26,974 nt of DNA from a virus (IMGVR_UViG_3300020045_007287:1-26974), one strand, 5' to 3'; positions 8,871 to 16,965 are shown, numbered from the stretch's first letter. The notes: generated from the sequence alone by a model not told the origin. Made by a program: numbers and translations.

Positions 8871-10316
8871 ATGTCCAATGCAGACTATGAAGCAGTTGCT
8901 TCCGGTAACTTTTGCCCGATTGCAACACTTGGCTTCTCAGTTGAACACTTGACATCGACGTTCTCGTTGACTGATCTACGCCGAGTCCTGCCCGATGATG
9001 TATATGTGGGCATGCCTGCACTGATCGACAATGAGATTGTGCGGGTGGAGTCATTCACCGACTCGTCAATGGTCGTGAAGCGCGGTTGTGCTGACACGAT
9101 TCCTGCGCCTCACATCTCGGGCGCAATCATCTTCTTCATGGGCGTGGGTTTCACTTCCACCGATCGACGTGAATATCTTGGTAACGAGACGGTCAGCCTC
9201 AAGAGTTTGCCGCGCACATCATCAGGCACCACGCCGATTGAGTATTCGCCACCAGTTGAAGTGATTTTCAATCAGCGGTTCGCTCGCCCGTACCCGCCTG
9301 GGCAGATGCTGGTTAATGATCTTGTTTGGACATCGGTTGTGACGATGAGCCGCGTTGTTGATCTAATTCTGTCCTGGGTTGGCCGCAATCGCGTCGTGCA
9401 GGCTGACCAACTCGTCGGATGGTCTGAGGCAGGTATCGCCTCTGAAGTTGGAACGACATATAGGATCGTGCTGTCAACCGCTGGCGACACAGTTGTCAGA
9501 ACGATCACTGGGCTGACCGGGCTTTCCTGGCCATATACCTTTGAAGATGCAGTTGAAGACTTCGCCCTGGAAGCCTTGGTCGACACTGGCGACTATGCAG
9601 CGCACCTGACCATCGAATCGATGCGAGATGGCCTTGCAAGTTGGCAGAAGTACCGCGTCGACTTCGTTGTGGACACCGATCAGATTGTTCCACCTGACGC
9701 CAGTATTGCAAACGTCTCGCTTCTGCTGCATGGCGACAACGCGAATGGTTCCAGTGTCGTCACGGACAGCGGACCATTGAACTTGAGCCCTTCCACGGTG
9801 TCAAACGTCACAAACGTGGCAGCGGCTGCGAAGTTCGATCAGGGCGCCCTGGTGAGTTCTTCAACTGCGGCAGTGTTGGAGTACACATCGAACATTGCGT
9901 TCAGGATGGTTCAACTGTTCACAATTGAATTCGAGTTGTTCCAAGCCGCGAACCAGAATTGCGACTTCATGGGTTCGACGGCGACACGCTGTTTCAACCT
10001 TGCCGGCACCACATTGACTTCCAAGTGGGGTGGTGCAACACTTTCCTGCACAATTGTCAATAGTCAGTACAACCACATTCGCGTGACCCGTGATGCATCC
10101 AACAATGTCAGACTCTTTCTCAATGGCACGCAAGTTGCAACCGCAGTCGCTTCAACGGTGGAAACAGCCGCTGCTGTCTTTGGTGTGTTCAACATTCCTG
10201 CGCGTGCAGACCTACCCTCGTTCGTCGGCCGCCTGGATGAAGTCCGCTTCACGGATGGCGTGTGCCGCTCGGTTGCAGACTTCTCAGCGCCAGTGAAACC
10301 GCACTCGAATGCGTGA
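8871..10316 (+). CDS. Central tail tip protein part 3 with C-terminal LamG/ConA-like domain, likely receptor binding
   Basis: IDNEIVRV, RGCADTIPAPH, RFARPYPPG, WVGRNRVVQADQL; C-terminal VSLLLHGD...FTIEF...HIRVTR...LFLNG...GRLDEVRFT. Confidence 0.8.
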   Translation: MSNADYEAVASGNFCPIATLGFSVEHLTSTFSLTDLRRVLPDDVYVGMPALIDNEIVRVESFTDSSMVVKRGCADTIPAPHISGAIIFFMGVGFTSTDRREYLGNETVSLKSLPRTSSGTTPIEYSPPVEVIFNQRFARPYPPGQMLVNDLVWTSVVTMSRVVDLILSWVGRNRVVQADQLVGWSEAGIASEVGTTYRIVLSTAGDTVVRTITGLTGLSWPYTFEDAVEDFALEALVDTGDYAAHLTIESMRDGLASWQKYRVDFVVDTDQIVPPDASIANVSLLLHGDNANGSSVVTDSGPLNLSPSTVSNVTNVAAAAKFDQGALVSSSTAAVLEYTSNIAFRMVQLFTIEFELFQAANQNCDFMGSTATRCFNLAGTTLTSKWGGATLSCTIVNSQYNHIRVTRDASNNVRLFLNGTQVATAVASTVETAAAVFGVFNIPARADLPSFVGRLDEVRFTDGVCRSVADFSAPVKPHSNA

Positions 10317-10420
10317 CCACCTGTAAGAGCCTACAGTCCACCGAACACAGCCGAGCCGCTAGAATGACTTTTCTCAAATCGTTCCGAAGTGACGCGGACA
10401 AAAGAAAGGACGCAGGAACA

Positions 10421-10651
10421 ATGCAGCCGCAAAGCAACTCCGATCATCTGGCAGGGATTGGCTACACGGTGAAAACGCTCATGGCATGGCTTCTCTACAC
10501 CATAGGTAGCGTGACTGCTGAAGACGTTGCGAAGTACCTCGCAATCACCTACACTGCATTGGCTATCGTTGCCCTCATTCGGCGTGAGTTCTTTCCCAAG
10601 AAGACGCTTTCTGCCGTTCCGCTACCGTCGCACATGCCACCCGAGAAGTGA
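10421..10651 (+). CDS. Small membrane protein, possible holin/antiholin (76 aa)
   Basis: ATG 10421 preceded by AGGA; two hydrophobic segments followed by basic residues. Confidence 0.5.
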   Translation: MQPQSNSDHLAGIGYTVKTLMAWLLYTIGSVTAEDVAKYLAITYTALAIVALIRREFFPKKTLSAVPLPSHMPPEK

Positions 10652-10915
10652 ATGAGCGATCCGCATACGCAACAATCTGCACCAGGGGATGCGTGGACGC
10701 CAAGGCTTGTCTCTGCAATCGTGCTGATCGTTTGGGCGCTTGTGCAGTGGCACTTGCTGACGGAAGTGATTCACGAGTCGATGCGAGAGTTTGTTTCGCG
10801 CATGCTTGGGACGCTTGACGCTGCAGTTTTGGCAGTCCTGTACTACTATTTAGGCTCATCCGACTCAAGCCGCTCAAAGAATAGGCTGCTTGCTGAGAAG
10901 GGCGAGCGGGAATAG
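10652..10915 (+). CDS. Putative holin (87 aa)
   Basis: Two hydrophobic segments; LGTL...YYYLGSS..S..K motif and charged C-terminus. Confidence 0.6.
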   Translation: MSDPHTQQSAPGDAWTPRLVSAIVLIVWALVQWHLLTEVIHESMREFVSRMLGTLDAAVLAVLYYYLGSSDSSRSKNRLLAEKGERE

Positions 10916-10928
10916 TTGCCATACATGA

Positions 10929-10943
10929 CCAGCCGTAGGCTGG
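10929..10943. terminator. Hairpin between convergent operons, possible bidirectional terminator
   Basis: CCAGCC-GTA-GGCTGG in the 50-bp gap between converging stops; no strong U-tract. Confidence 0.4.
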
Positions 10944-10965
10944 CCGTTTAACCTAGCGTTCGGCC

Positions 10966-11286
10966 TCACGCGGCGGGGCCTAGATCGCGCTCGGGCAGGG
11001 TGTAGCGGCCATCCTTCACCACCACGCCACGCATCCCGCACGGGCACAGCGGCTGGCCGTTTTGCGGCCCGATGCAGGCGCAGCCTTCCATCGGTGCCGG
11101 CATTTTCTTTTCCAGCCAATCGGCGCGCTGGCTGGCATTGGGAAACTGCAGCACTTGCCCCATCGGAGGCGCCGGCTGTGTAGCCGTCAGTCTCAGTTTC
11201 CCCATCGTGGCCTCAAGGTGCGCAATCACTGCGCGCTCGCCCGCGTCGCGTTGGGCCGCTTGAATCTGTGAAATCAGGTCGCCCAT
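10966..11286 (-). CDS. Hypothetical protein with C-terminal CxC...CPC motif (106 aa)
   Basis: ATG 11286 with AAAGGA RBS; CACIGPQNGQPLCPCGM. Confidence 0.7.
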   Translation of the reverse strand: MGDLISQIQAAQRDAGERAVIAHLEATMGKLRLTATQPAPPMGQVLQFPNASQRADWLEKKMPAPMEGCACIGPQNGQPLCPCGMRGVVVKDGRYTLPERDLGPAA

Positions 11287-11327
11287 CTCAGTCCTTTCGT
11301 TTCGGCACCAGAGGCCGAATAGGTTGG

Positions 11328-11894
11328 TCAAAGACCATCGCGCTCAATGGCAATCACAGCGCCAGCCAAATAGTTGATTGCACCAAGCAACTCAGCGACA
11401 GCACGGTCAACCGGTAGCCGTTGGGATTCTTCAGACTTCTTGAATGCCTGAAACAAAAGGCAGCCGACGCCGAATCGCTTTGCGCCAATCTGCATCACCT
11501 GTTCATGGAACGGCTCACCCGCGTTGACGTGGCGTTGCGCGCCCTTGCCGACAGCGGCTTGCTGGTACGCACGCTCAAGCACGTCGGCCAGTTGTTCGTA
11601 ACCGGGCACGGTGAATGGGTGAGGAATCATCACTTCTTCGCCGGGGATTACTGGCATGCCGCTGATACCAATGGAACCGAAAACGATTTCGGTGGCATCG
11701 TCCGCCTGCGTTGTCTTTGGCGCGACGATCATGAGCCCATACGGATCAATGCGAATGTCTGATGTTTTGCGCAAAGTTCCGGTAAACGGGTTGAACACCC
11801 AATGCTTGTAGTTGTGCCCACGAAAAGAATCAAGTGCACGACCTTCGGTGAGAAGATAGCCAGCCATCGGATCAAACTTCGCAAGTTCACTCAT
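11328..11894 (-). CDS. Conserved phage hypothetical protein (188 aa)
   Basis: ATG 11894 overlapping upstream stop; GYEQLADVL..AY.QAA.GKG..RH and ELLGAINYLAGAVI motifs. Confidence 0.75.
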   Translation of the reverse strand: MSELAKFDPMAGYLLTEGRALDSFRGHNYKHWVFNPFTGTLRKTSDIRIDPYGLMIVAPKTTQADDATEIVFGSIGISGMPVIPGEEVMIPHPFTVPGYEQLADVLERAYQQAAVGKGAQRHVNAGEPFHEQVMQIGAKRFGVGCLLFQAFKKSEESQRLPVDRAVAELLGAINYLAGAVIAIERDGL

Positions 11895-12091
11895 AGTTCG
11901 TCGTCTTCCAAAGCTAACTTGTATCTGGCGAAGGCCCAGCCGTTCATCCAGACAACAAAGTTGTATTCCAAAGGATTGAAGGGGCAAACACTCGCAGGCT
12001 GTCTATCGCGTGCAGCGTCTGCCCCCTGTTGCCAAACCGACTTAAACGCCGGCTGTACTGGCGGCTTAAAGGTCGTCGTCGTCGCCATCAT
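11891..12091 (-). CDS. Small protein, Rmf/CrpP-like pattern, ends LEDDEL
   Basis: W.QG..AA.......CPF........W..GW pattern; stop coupled to next ATG; start 12091 or 12088. Confidence 0.55.
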   Translation of the reverse strand: MMATTTTFKPPVQPAFKSVWQQGADAARDRQPASVCPFNPLEYNFVVWMNGWAFARYKLALEDDEL

Positions 12092-12368
12092 CCAGCGGAA
12101 GTGTGGGCTGCTTGGCGACAACCGGTGCCTTCGCGGCCTTCTTCGCTGCAGCGGGCGCCTTCTTGGCAGGCGCGCGGGCGATTTCTTCGGCGTTGTCGAT
12201 GTGGTTCACCAGGGCAGAACGGATTTCGTTGTACTGCGCTTCGGTGTAGAACTTCGCCCGCTTTTCGGTATCTGTCGGCTCGATGCCCAGCACGTCGGAA
12301 ATGAAGTCGCCGGTGATCTTGATGCCAAGCGATTCTTGGATTTGCGGAAGGGTGATCAGATTGCTCAT
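12066..12368 (-). CDS. Hypothetical protein with Ala/Lys/Pro linker and acidic tail (100 aa)
   Basis: ORF with biased codon usage; ends PAKKAPAAAKKAAK...DDGDDDDL. Confidence 0.8.
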   Translation of the reverse strand: MSNLITLPQIQESLGIKITGDFISDVLGIEPTDTEKRAKFYTEAQYNEIRSALVNHIDNAEEIARAPAKKAPAAAKKAAKAPVVAKQPTLPLDDGDDDDL

Positions 12369-12404
12369 TGGCTTCTTTCAGTTGAACAGTTTGGATGGAA
12401 GTTG

Positions 12405-12435
12405 ATTGTCACACAACTAGGATGCTGTGTGTCAG
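12405..12435 (-). promoter_or_regulatory. Possible leftward promoter overlapping an imperfect inverted repeat
   Basis: Minus strand CTGACA-19 nt-GACAAT with TG-n extension; CACACAGC/GTTGTGTG arms. Confidence 0.3.
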
Positions 12436-12680
12436 TCGATTTTGGAATTCTTGCGACGGGTCAGGTTCTTGAACACCGTTGATTCATCCATGGTGAGAAG
12501 TTTCGCCATCTTCTTTTCACGCTTGCGTGCATCGACTGCAGCGTTGTGCTCGGCGATCTCACGGGCCAGCACAAGTTTCGGGTCGAGCGAGTGTGGCCGC
12601 TTGGCATAGTCGGTTTGAATTCGATTGGCTGCCAGAGCGGCGCCCAATACGGCCGCTGGATTCATTGATCGTTTCATCAT
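12432..12680 (-). CDS. Hypothetical basic protein (82 aa)
   Basis: ORF coupled by ATGA overlap to upstream gene. Confidence 0.65.
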   Translation of the reverse strand: MMKRSMNPAAVLGAALAANRIQTDYAKRPHSLDPKLVLAREIAEHNAAVDARKREKKMAKLLTMDESTVFKNLTRRKNSKID

Positions 12681-12865
12681 GATAATTTATCCTCGGGTTG
12701 AACTTGGTCTTCAAAAATTGGACGCCACGATTCGGTGTCACAGTCGAAAAATTCTTCGGCGCGCATCATGACGGTTGAATAGATAACGTCGCGCGGGGAC
12801 GCCTCTATCCAATCACCTTCACTGCCCATGAAGCGAATTGATCCTGCACGGGGCGCACTCGTCAT
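12677..12865 (-). CDS. Hypothetical protein (62 aa)
   Basis: ATG 12865 two bases after exonuclease stop; fills gap. Confidence 0.55.
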   Translation of the reverse strand: MTSAPRAGSIRFMGSEGDWIEASPRDVIYSTVMMRAEEFFDCDTESWRPIFEDQVQPEDKLS

Positions 12866-12867
12866 GA

Positions 12868-13530
12868 TCAAAGATCGTCGTCGTCGACAGGGCGTGCGGG
12901 CTTCTTCAGTTTGCCGGTCACTGCAGCACTGGCCTTGTAGCCGCACAGTGCAGCCCAGGCGGACGAGATGACAGCAGCTTGATGCACGGCATCATCAAGT
13001 GCGTTGTGCGCAATACCTTTTCTCTCGATGCTGTCGGCTCGAAAGTCCGCAACCATCTGCGCAACATCGACAATCGTTCGCATGTCGCGGATGTTGAAAT
13101 ACGCCCAAGGTGGTGACAGACCGATTGAGCCCACATCAAGTGCATGCTCGATGATCGTCACGTCGAAGGTAGAGCCGTTACCCCACGGGCGCGCAGCACC
13201 AGTGCCCACGCTGCGGAACCAAGTCGTGAAGTTCAACAGGGTGGATGCCAAGTCCAGCTTGCGATCTTGTTCGGCCGACGTGTCTTCAAAGATGCGCCTG
13301 GCAGTCTTGGCGTCTTGGCGCAACCACCACGCCAGCGTAGAGCCGTCAACCTTGCCCGACTTAATCGCGCTGTCTATGGCGATTTCCTGATAGAACGTCT
13401 TGCCGAGTTTGCCCGTGGTGCGGTCGAACACGACGGCGCCAATCGAGATGATCGGTGCGTTGTACGTCTTGCCGAGTGTTTCGATGTCGATTGAAACATC
13501 GTTCATCGCGCTGTTGTCGATTGGCTTCAC
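12868..13530 (-). CDS. 3'-5' exonuclease, DEDDh family (DUF5051 / RNase AS-like)
   Basis: SIDIETLG, WGNGSTFD, RDMRT and HNALDDA motifs. Confidence 0.9.
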   Translation of the reverse strand: MKPIDNSAMNDVSIDIETLGKTYNAPIISIGAVVFDRTTGKLGKTFYQEIAIDSAIKSGKVDGSTLAWWLRQDAKTARRIFEDTSAEQDRKLDLASTLLNFTTWFRSVGTGAARPWGNGSTFDVTIIEHALDVGSIGLSPPWAYFNIRDMRTIVDVAQMVADFRADSIERKGIAHNALDDAVHQAAVISSAWAALCGYKASAAVTGKLKKPARPVDDDDL

Positions 13531-13715
13531 AGTTGGCCCCCGGACGCATCAAAAGACAACACAAGCACAACCGCCTCTTTCGATTCGATGGCCGCGTCGA
13601 GTTCAGTCAACCAAGCCGGCCACTTTTGCGGCTCAAGCGTGTTCGTCGCCCGGTTGTGGTAATCGCGGAACTGCGCGGCTGCCGTCTTCGGCAGTGTGAT
13701 CGTCTTGACAGTCAT
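13527..13715 (-). CDS. Hypothetical protein (62 aa)
   Basis: ATG 13715 overlapping upstream stop with GAGGA RBS; stop overlaps the exonuclease GTG. Confidence 0.65.
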   Translation of the reverse strand: MTVKTITLPKTAAAQFRDYHNRATNTLEPQKWPAWLTELDAAIESKEAVVLVLSFDASGGQL

Positions 13716-13960
13716 AGATCGTCGTCCTCGTTTCGTTCTTGCCATTCGGCAATGATGGTCACACCGGCAGGCGTACTTTTGATGCTGACCGTTCCGCCGC
13801 CGCACTTGGACAGGTCGAACACAGGCACGATGGCCGGCAGTAGTGGTACACCCATCTTCTTGCGCATGTTCTCGCCGATGTCGACACCAAGATGAATCGT
13901 GTTCTTCATCACGTTGCTGAGGTAAGCGCCAGCAGGGATGAAATGGCTTTTCCGTGGCAT
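13712..13960 (-). CDS. Hypothetical protein ending NEDDDL (82 aa)
   Basis: TAATG coupling upstream, ATGA coupling downstream. Confidence 0.65.
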   Translation of the reverse strand: MPRKSHFIPAGAYLSNVMKNTIHLGVDIGENMRKKMGVPLLPAIVPVFDLSKCGGGTVSIKSTPAGVTIIAEWQERNEDDDL

Positions 13961-14196
13961 TACATCCCCTTCGACTGAAGGTAGACGCGAATGCCGGCGC
14001 CACCTTGAATCGGATCGTCTGCCATCTTCATGCAGCGAATGACAATGTTTCGCTGCGAACAGGCAACGCGAAGGCCGGCAACGTCTGCCTGATCTGCCTT
14101 CGGAATGAAGAACGATTCGCCAACAGCCATGGACTCAAGCCGCGCAAGCCGGCCTTCGATCTGGTGACTGATTGGCCGCCCCTTACCCCGGCTCAC
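13960..14196 (-). CDS. Small putative DNA-binding protein (78 aa)
   Basis: N-terminal RGKGRP, M.VGESFFIP and GIRV motifs; GTGA coupling. Confidence 0.65.
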   Translation of the reverse strand: MSRGKGRPISHQIEGRLARLESMAVGESFFIPKADQADVAGLRVACSQRNIVIRCMKMADDPIQGGAGIRVYLQSKGM

Positions 14197-15137
14197 AGAT
14201 CATCCTCGTCTTCGATACCGACCTGTCCACCACATTCTTCGATCAATGCATTGTTTGCCAGCATCAGTTTCGCAGTAGTGGCGTACAGCGACGACTCGAA
14301 TGCGCCGATGCGGTCATCAGAGTCGCCTTCTTCACGCACCTGACCGTCGAACGCGATGCGCTTGAATGCGAAGTTGTCGGTGACGACGAAGTTCAGATCG
14401 TCGCCGTACTGCAAATCGAGTTCGCGCACGCGGTAGCCCTGCTTCAGCGCAGACTGCACTTCCACGGATGCAATCGAACGGTCCTTGATGCGGATGACAG
14501 GGGTGTCGTCATCACCCTCTTTCACCAGCACGGCAGAACTGCCAACGTCAAACAGGCCACCGGCCTCGTCGACCGCAAACGCGGTCAGCACCGAAGACAG
14601 CGGGCGCACAGTTTCACAGTTCTGCACTATGAACAAATCATTCGACAGCACCGGCCGCAACACGGCAATGATTTCGTCAGCACGCTTGAAACTGGAAGTC
14701 CAGATGATCAGGTCGCCGTCGCTGGTCAGCGTTGCCAACACGACTGAGCGACGGATGAATGCTTTCGGCAACAGCGACGCGACGACTTCATCCTTGACTT
14801 CGGCAAATTCTTTCTTGCCCAGGCGCCGATGCTGCTTGCGCTCCAACTCGGCGATGTACTTGGTGATGTGTTCGTCGATCACCTTGGCTGGCAACACCCG
14901 TTCGTTGATCTGGACGGCGAACGTGATGGTGTTCGACTGGCGCAGCGGAAAGCCGCCGCCAATATCGAACGTCAGGCCGATGGTGCGCCACTGCGTAGGT
15001 GCCGGCTCAGGGGCTTCGTGCTTGCTGTACTCGGCTTCGGCGTGATGAGTGAACAGGTTCGCAAACAGTTCATCGCCGTTTTTGATGAAGAAGACGATTG
15101 CCGACTTGATCGACGGAAACTTGATCTTTTTGCTCAC
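14193..15137 (-). CDS. rdgC: Recombination-associated protein RdgC-like (314 aa)
   Basis: ERVLPAKVI, RRLGKKE..EVKDEV...LLPKAF, SSFKRADE, EV..AL..G..VREL.L, FV.TDNFAFKRIAF motifs; GTG start 15137 inferred. Confidence 0.88.
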   Translation of the reverse strand: MSKKIKFPSIKSAIVFFIKNGDELFANLFTHHAEAEYSKHEAPEPAPTQWRTIGLTFDIGGGFPLRQSNTITFAVQINERVLPAKVIDEHITKYIAELERKQHRRLGKKEFAEVKDEVVASLLPKAFIRRSVVLATLTSDGDLIIWTSSFKRADEIIAVLRPVLSNDLFIVQNCETVRPLSSVLTAFAVDEAGGLFDVGSSAVLVKEGDDDTPVIRIKDRSIASVEVQSALKQGYRVRELDLQYGDDLNFVVTDNFAFKRIAFDGQVREEGDSDDRIGAFESSLYATTAKLMLANNALIEECGGQVGIEDEDDL

Positions 15138-15147
15138 GACATTCCAA

Positions 15148-15576
15148 TCAGTTGCGGACCATCGTGTAGCGCGCGATGTTCGGCGCAACGAAGGTTTTGG
15201 TGAACGTGGTGCGCTCTTGGAACGCAAGGATTTCTGGCAGATCGAGGTCGACATCGATCACCAGCGGTTCATCGCCCATGCCCTCCTGCAAGACCAATGC
15301 ACGCATGATCAGGAACACCGCACCCATGCCGGCGATCTGCGCTTCTTTGTCGGCAATGCCTTCGAAAGCCTGGGCGACAAGATCATTTTCCTCCTTCGAA
15401 AGAGCGGCGCCGAGATTGAAAGACTCGATCATCAGCGGCCGAAACCATGGGTAATCGGCATGTCCTTCGGCAGTAAACTTGCTGTTGATCAGTTCTTCAA
15501 GTTCAAGCGGGATCGACTCAATTTCGGTCGCTTCGCCCACCGGAATGTTCGGCAAATTCAGTTGTTCTTCAGTCAT
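15148..15576 (-). CDS. Hypothetical acidic protein (142 aa)
   Basis: ORF in operon with consistent codon usage. Confidence 0.75.
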   Translation of the reverse strand: MTEEQLNLPNIPVGEATEIESIPLELEELINSKFTAEGHADYPWFRPLMIESFNLGAALSKEENDLVAQAFEGIADKEAQIAGMGAVFLIMRALVLQEGMGDEPLVIDVDLDLPEILAFQERTTFTKTFVAPNIARYTMVRN

Positions 15577-15588
15577 TGTGTGTAGACC

Positions 15589-15726
15589 TTAGATGTTGAC
15601 CCCGAGGATGAACAACCATTCGGCGATGGTGTCGGCACCGCCAATGATCACCATGCCTGCAAGGATGGTCAGTCCGGCGACGCCAACGATGTCGTCAACG
15701 TCGAGCCCTTTGATGAACTTGATCAC
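15589..15726 (-). CDS. Small membrane protein (45 aa, not in ORF track)
   Basis: GTG overlapping the ParB-like gene stop; MIKFIKGLDVDDIVGVAGLTILAGMVIIGGADTIAEWLFILGVNI; fills gap. Confidence 0.65.
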   Translation of the reverse strand: MIKFIKGLDVDDIVGVAGLTILAGMVIIGGADTIAEWLFILGVNI

Positions 15727-16631
15727 AGTTCGTTTTCGGCGATCACGGCGTCAGCACGGGCGATCAGGTCGGCCGCATCGTCGCCGACGCGAACCATCTT
15801 CACGTATTCGACGAGTTCCTTGATCAGCGCGATGTGATCGATCTTCTTGGTCGTGTCCGACTTCTCAACGTGCTTCGAAGTGACCTTTTTCTTGCCCTTG
15901 GACTCGGCAGTCTTCAGGCCCTCCTTCAACTTGCCGGCCGCCTCCTTGCCATGCTTCTTCACCGTCTTGACAGCCAGCGAGGCACTGACCTTGCCGGCAG
16001 TCACCATGTCACGGACGGCCTTCGGCGCCGACAGCAACTCGAACAACTGCTTGATGTAGGGCACGGTGTAGCCCAGGCGCTGCGCAATGGTCTTCTCGTC
16101 CAGACCGTAGCCGATCAGGCGTTGGCAGACCAAGGCAACTTCGTAGGGCGACAGGGGCTCGCCGTTGTTCTCGGTGACCAACTTGACAGTCAGCGATTCG
16201 ATGTTGGTGCCGGGCGGCTGGGCAATGACGGGAATGCGTTCGATGGGCGCACCTTCGGCGATGGCCCGGCCAGCAGCTTCGTAGCGACGATGGCCGCCAG
16301 TGATGTAGATCACATCGGCGCCGTCCTCCTTGACGATGTAGCCGGCAAGCGGGCATTCCCGCAGGAACCCGGTCGGCAGCATCATCTGGCCCTTCAGCCA
16401 TTCGACCTTGGCCTCGTACTTCTCATCTTTGATGCGGACGTTGAACGCCGGATCGATGCGCAGGCTTTCGTAAGGGACCATCCAGAGGTCTGCCGACTTG
16501 CCACCAGCATCGGACATGGCGTTTTTCACGCTGCCCATGACAGCGTTGTCGAAGACGATGCCGGTTGCGGGCGCAATGCCCATGGCGGAGTCGGAGTCGT
16601 TCAGAACGGGAGTTTTGGGGGCTTTTGCCAT
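15723..16631 (-). CDS. ParB-like protein (ParB/Srx N-domain plus HTH)
   Basis: FNVR, YITGGHRRYEA arginine patch, ENNGEPLSPYE, HTH-like EKTIAQRLGYTVPYI, GKVSASLA; AAGGA RBS. Confidence 0.88.
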   Translation of the reverse strand: MAKAPKTPVLNDSDSAMGIAPATGIVFDNAVMGSVKNAMSDAGGKSADLWMVPYESLRIDPAFNVRIKDEKYEAKVEWLKGQMMLPTGFLRECPLAGYIVKEDGADVIYITGGHRRYEAAGRAIAEGAPIERIPVIAQPPGTNIESLTVKLVTENNGEPLSPYEVALVCQRLIGYGLDEKTIAQRLGYTVPYIKQLFELLSAPKAVRDMVTAGKVSASLAVKTVKKHGKEAAGKLKEGLKTAESKGKKKVTSKHVEKSDTTKKIDHIALIKELVEYVKMVRVGDDAADLIARADAVIAENEL

Positions 16632-16679
16632 GATGTTTCCTTGGATGGTTGGGTTGAACGCGATGAGTGCGTGAGAAGT

Positions 16680-16708
16680 AATGTAGATGAATTTTTAGAA
16701 CGGTACAA
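16680..16708 (-). promoter_or_regulatory. Sigma70-like promoter for ParB-like/RdgC operon
   Basis: Minus strand TTGTAC-17 nt-TACATT in AT-rich intergenic gap. Confidence 0.5.
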
Positions 16709-16728
16709 CAACTATTTGCGATGTTGTC

Positions 16729-16941
16729 TCATTTTTCTTGTGCAGGCTTGATGAGCGTGTTGCCGTCGCTGATCGCTTGGGTGGTGCAAGGGCCGCCGTG
16801 TACTCGGTGGTCAACACCATCACGGTCACGGATGATGTTGAAGAAGAACAAGCCGAGGCCCTTGCCCGGCGCACGCTGCAGTTGCCTCATGCAATGCCAG
16901 CAGAACTTTGGTGCACCGGAACCTTGTTGCATCTTGCTCAC
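16729..16941 (-). CDS. Small Cys/His protein, possible Zn binding (70 aa)
   Basis: CWHC ... HRVHGGPC; GTG start with upstream AAGGG. Confidence 0.6.
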   Translation of the reverse strand: MSKMQQGSGAPKFCWHCMRQLQRAPGKGLGLFFFNIIRDRDGVDHRVHGGPCTTQAISDGNTLIKPAQEK

Positions 16942-16965
16942 GATCCACGGCCCTTCAAATCAAAC

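Noticed and set aside
6867-10316. Genome-wide stop-codon reassignment
   Set aside because: The two junction stops differ (TAA, TGA) and both are used as genuine, often start-coupled, stops throughout the window
15834-16751. Long antisense ORFs (e.g. 15834-16751, 228-908, 3208-3993, 14172-14747, 20345-20980)
   Set aside because: Shadow frames of GC3-biased real genes; no RBS or family motifs
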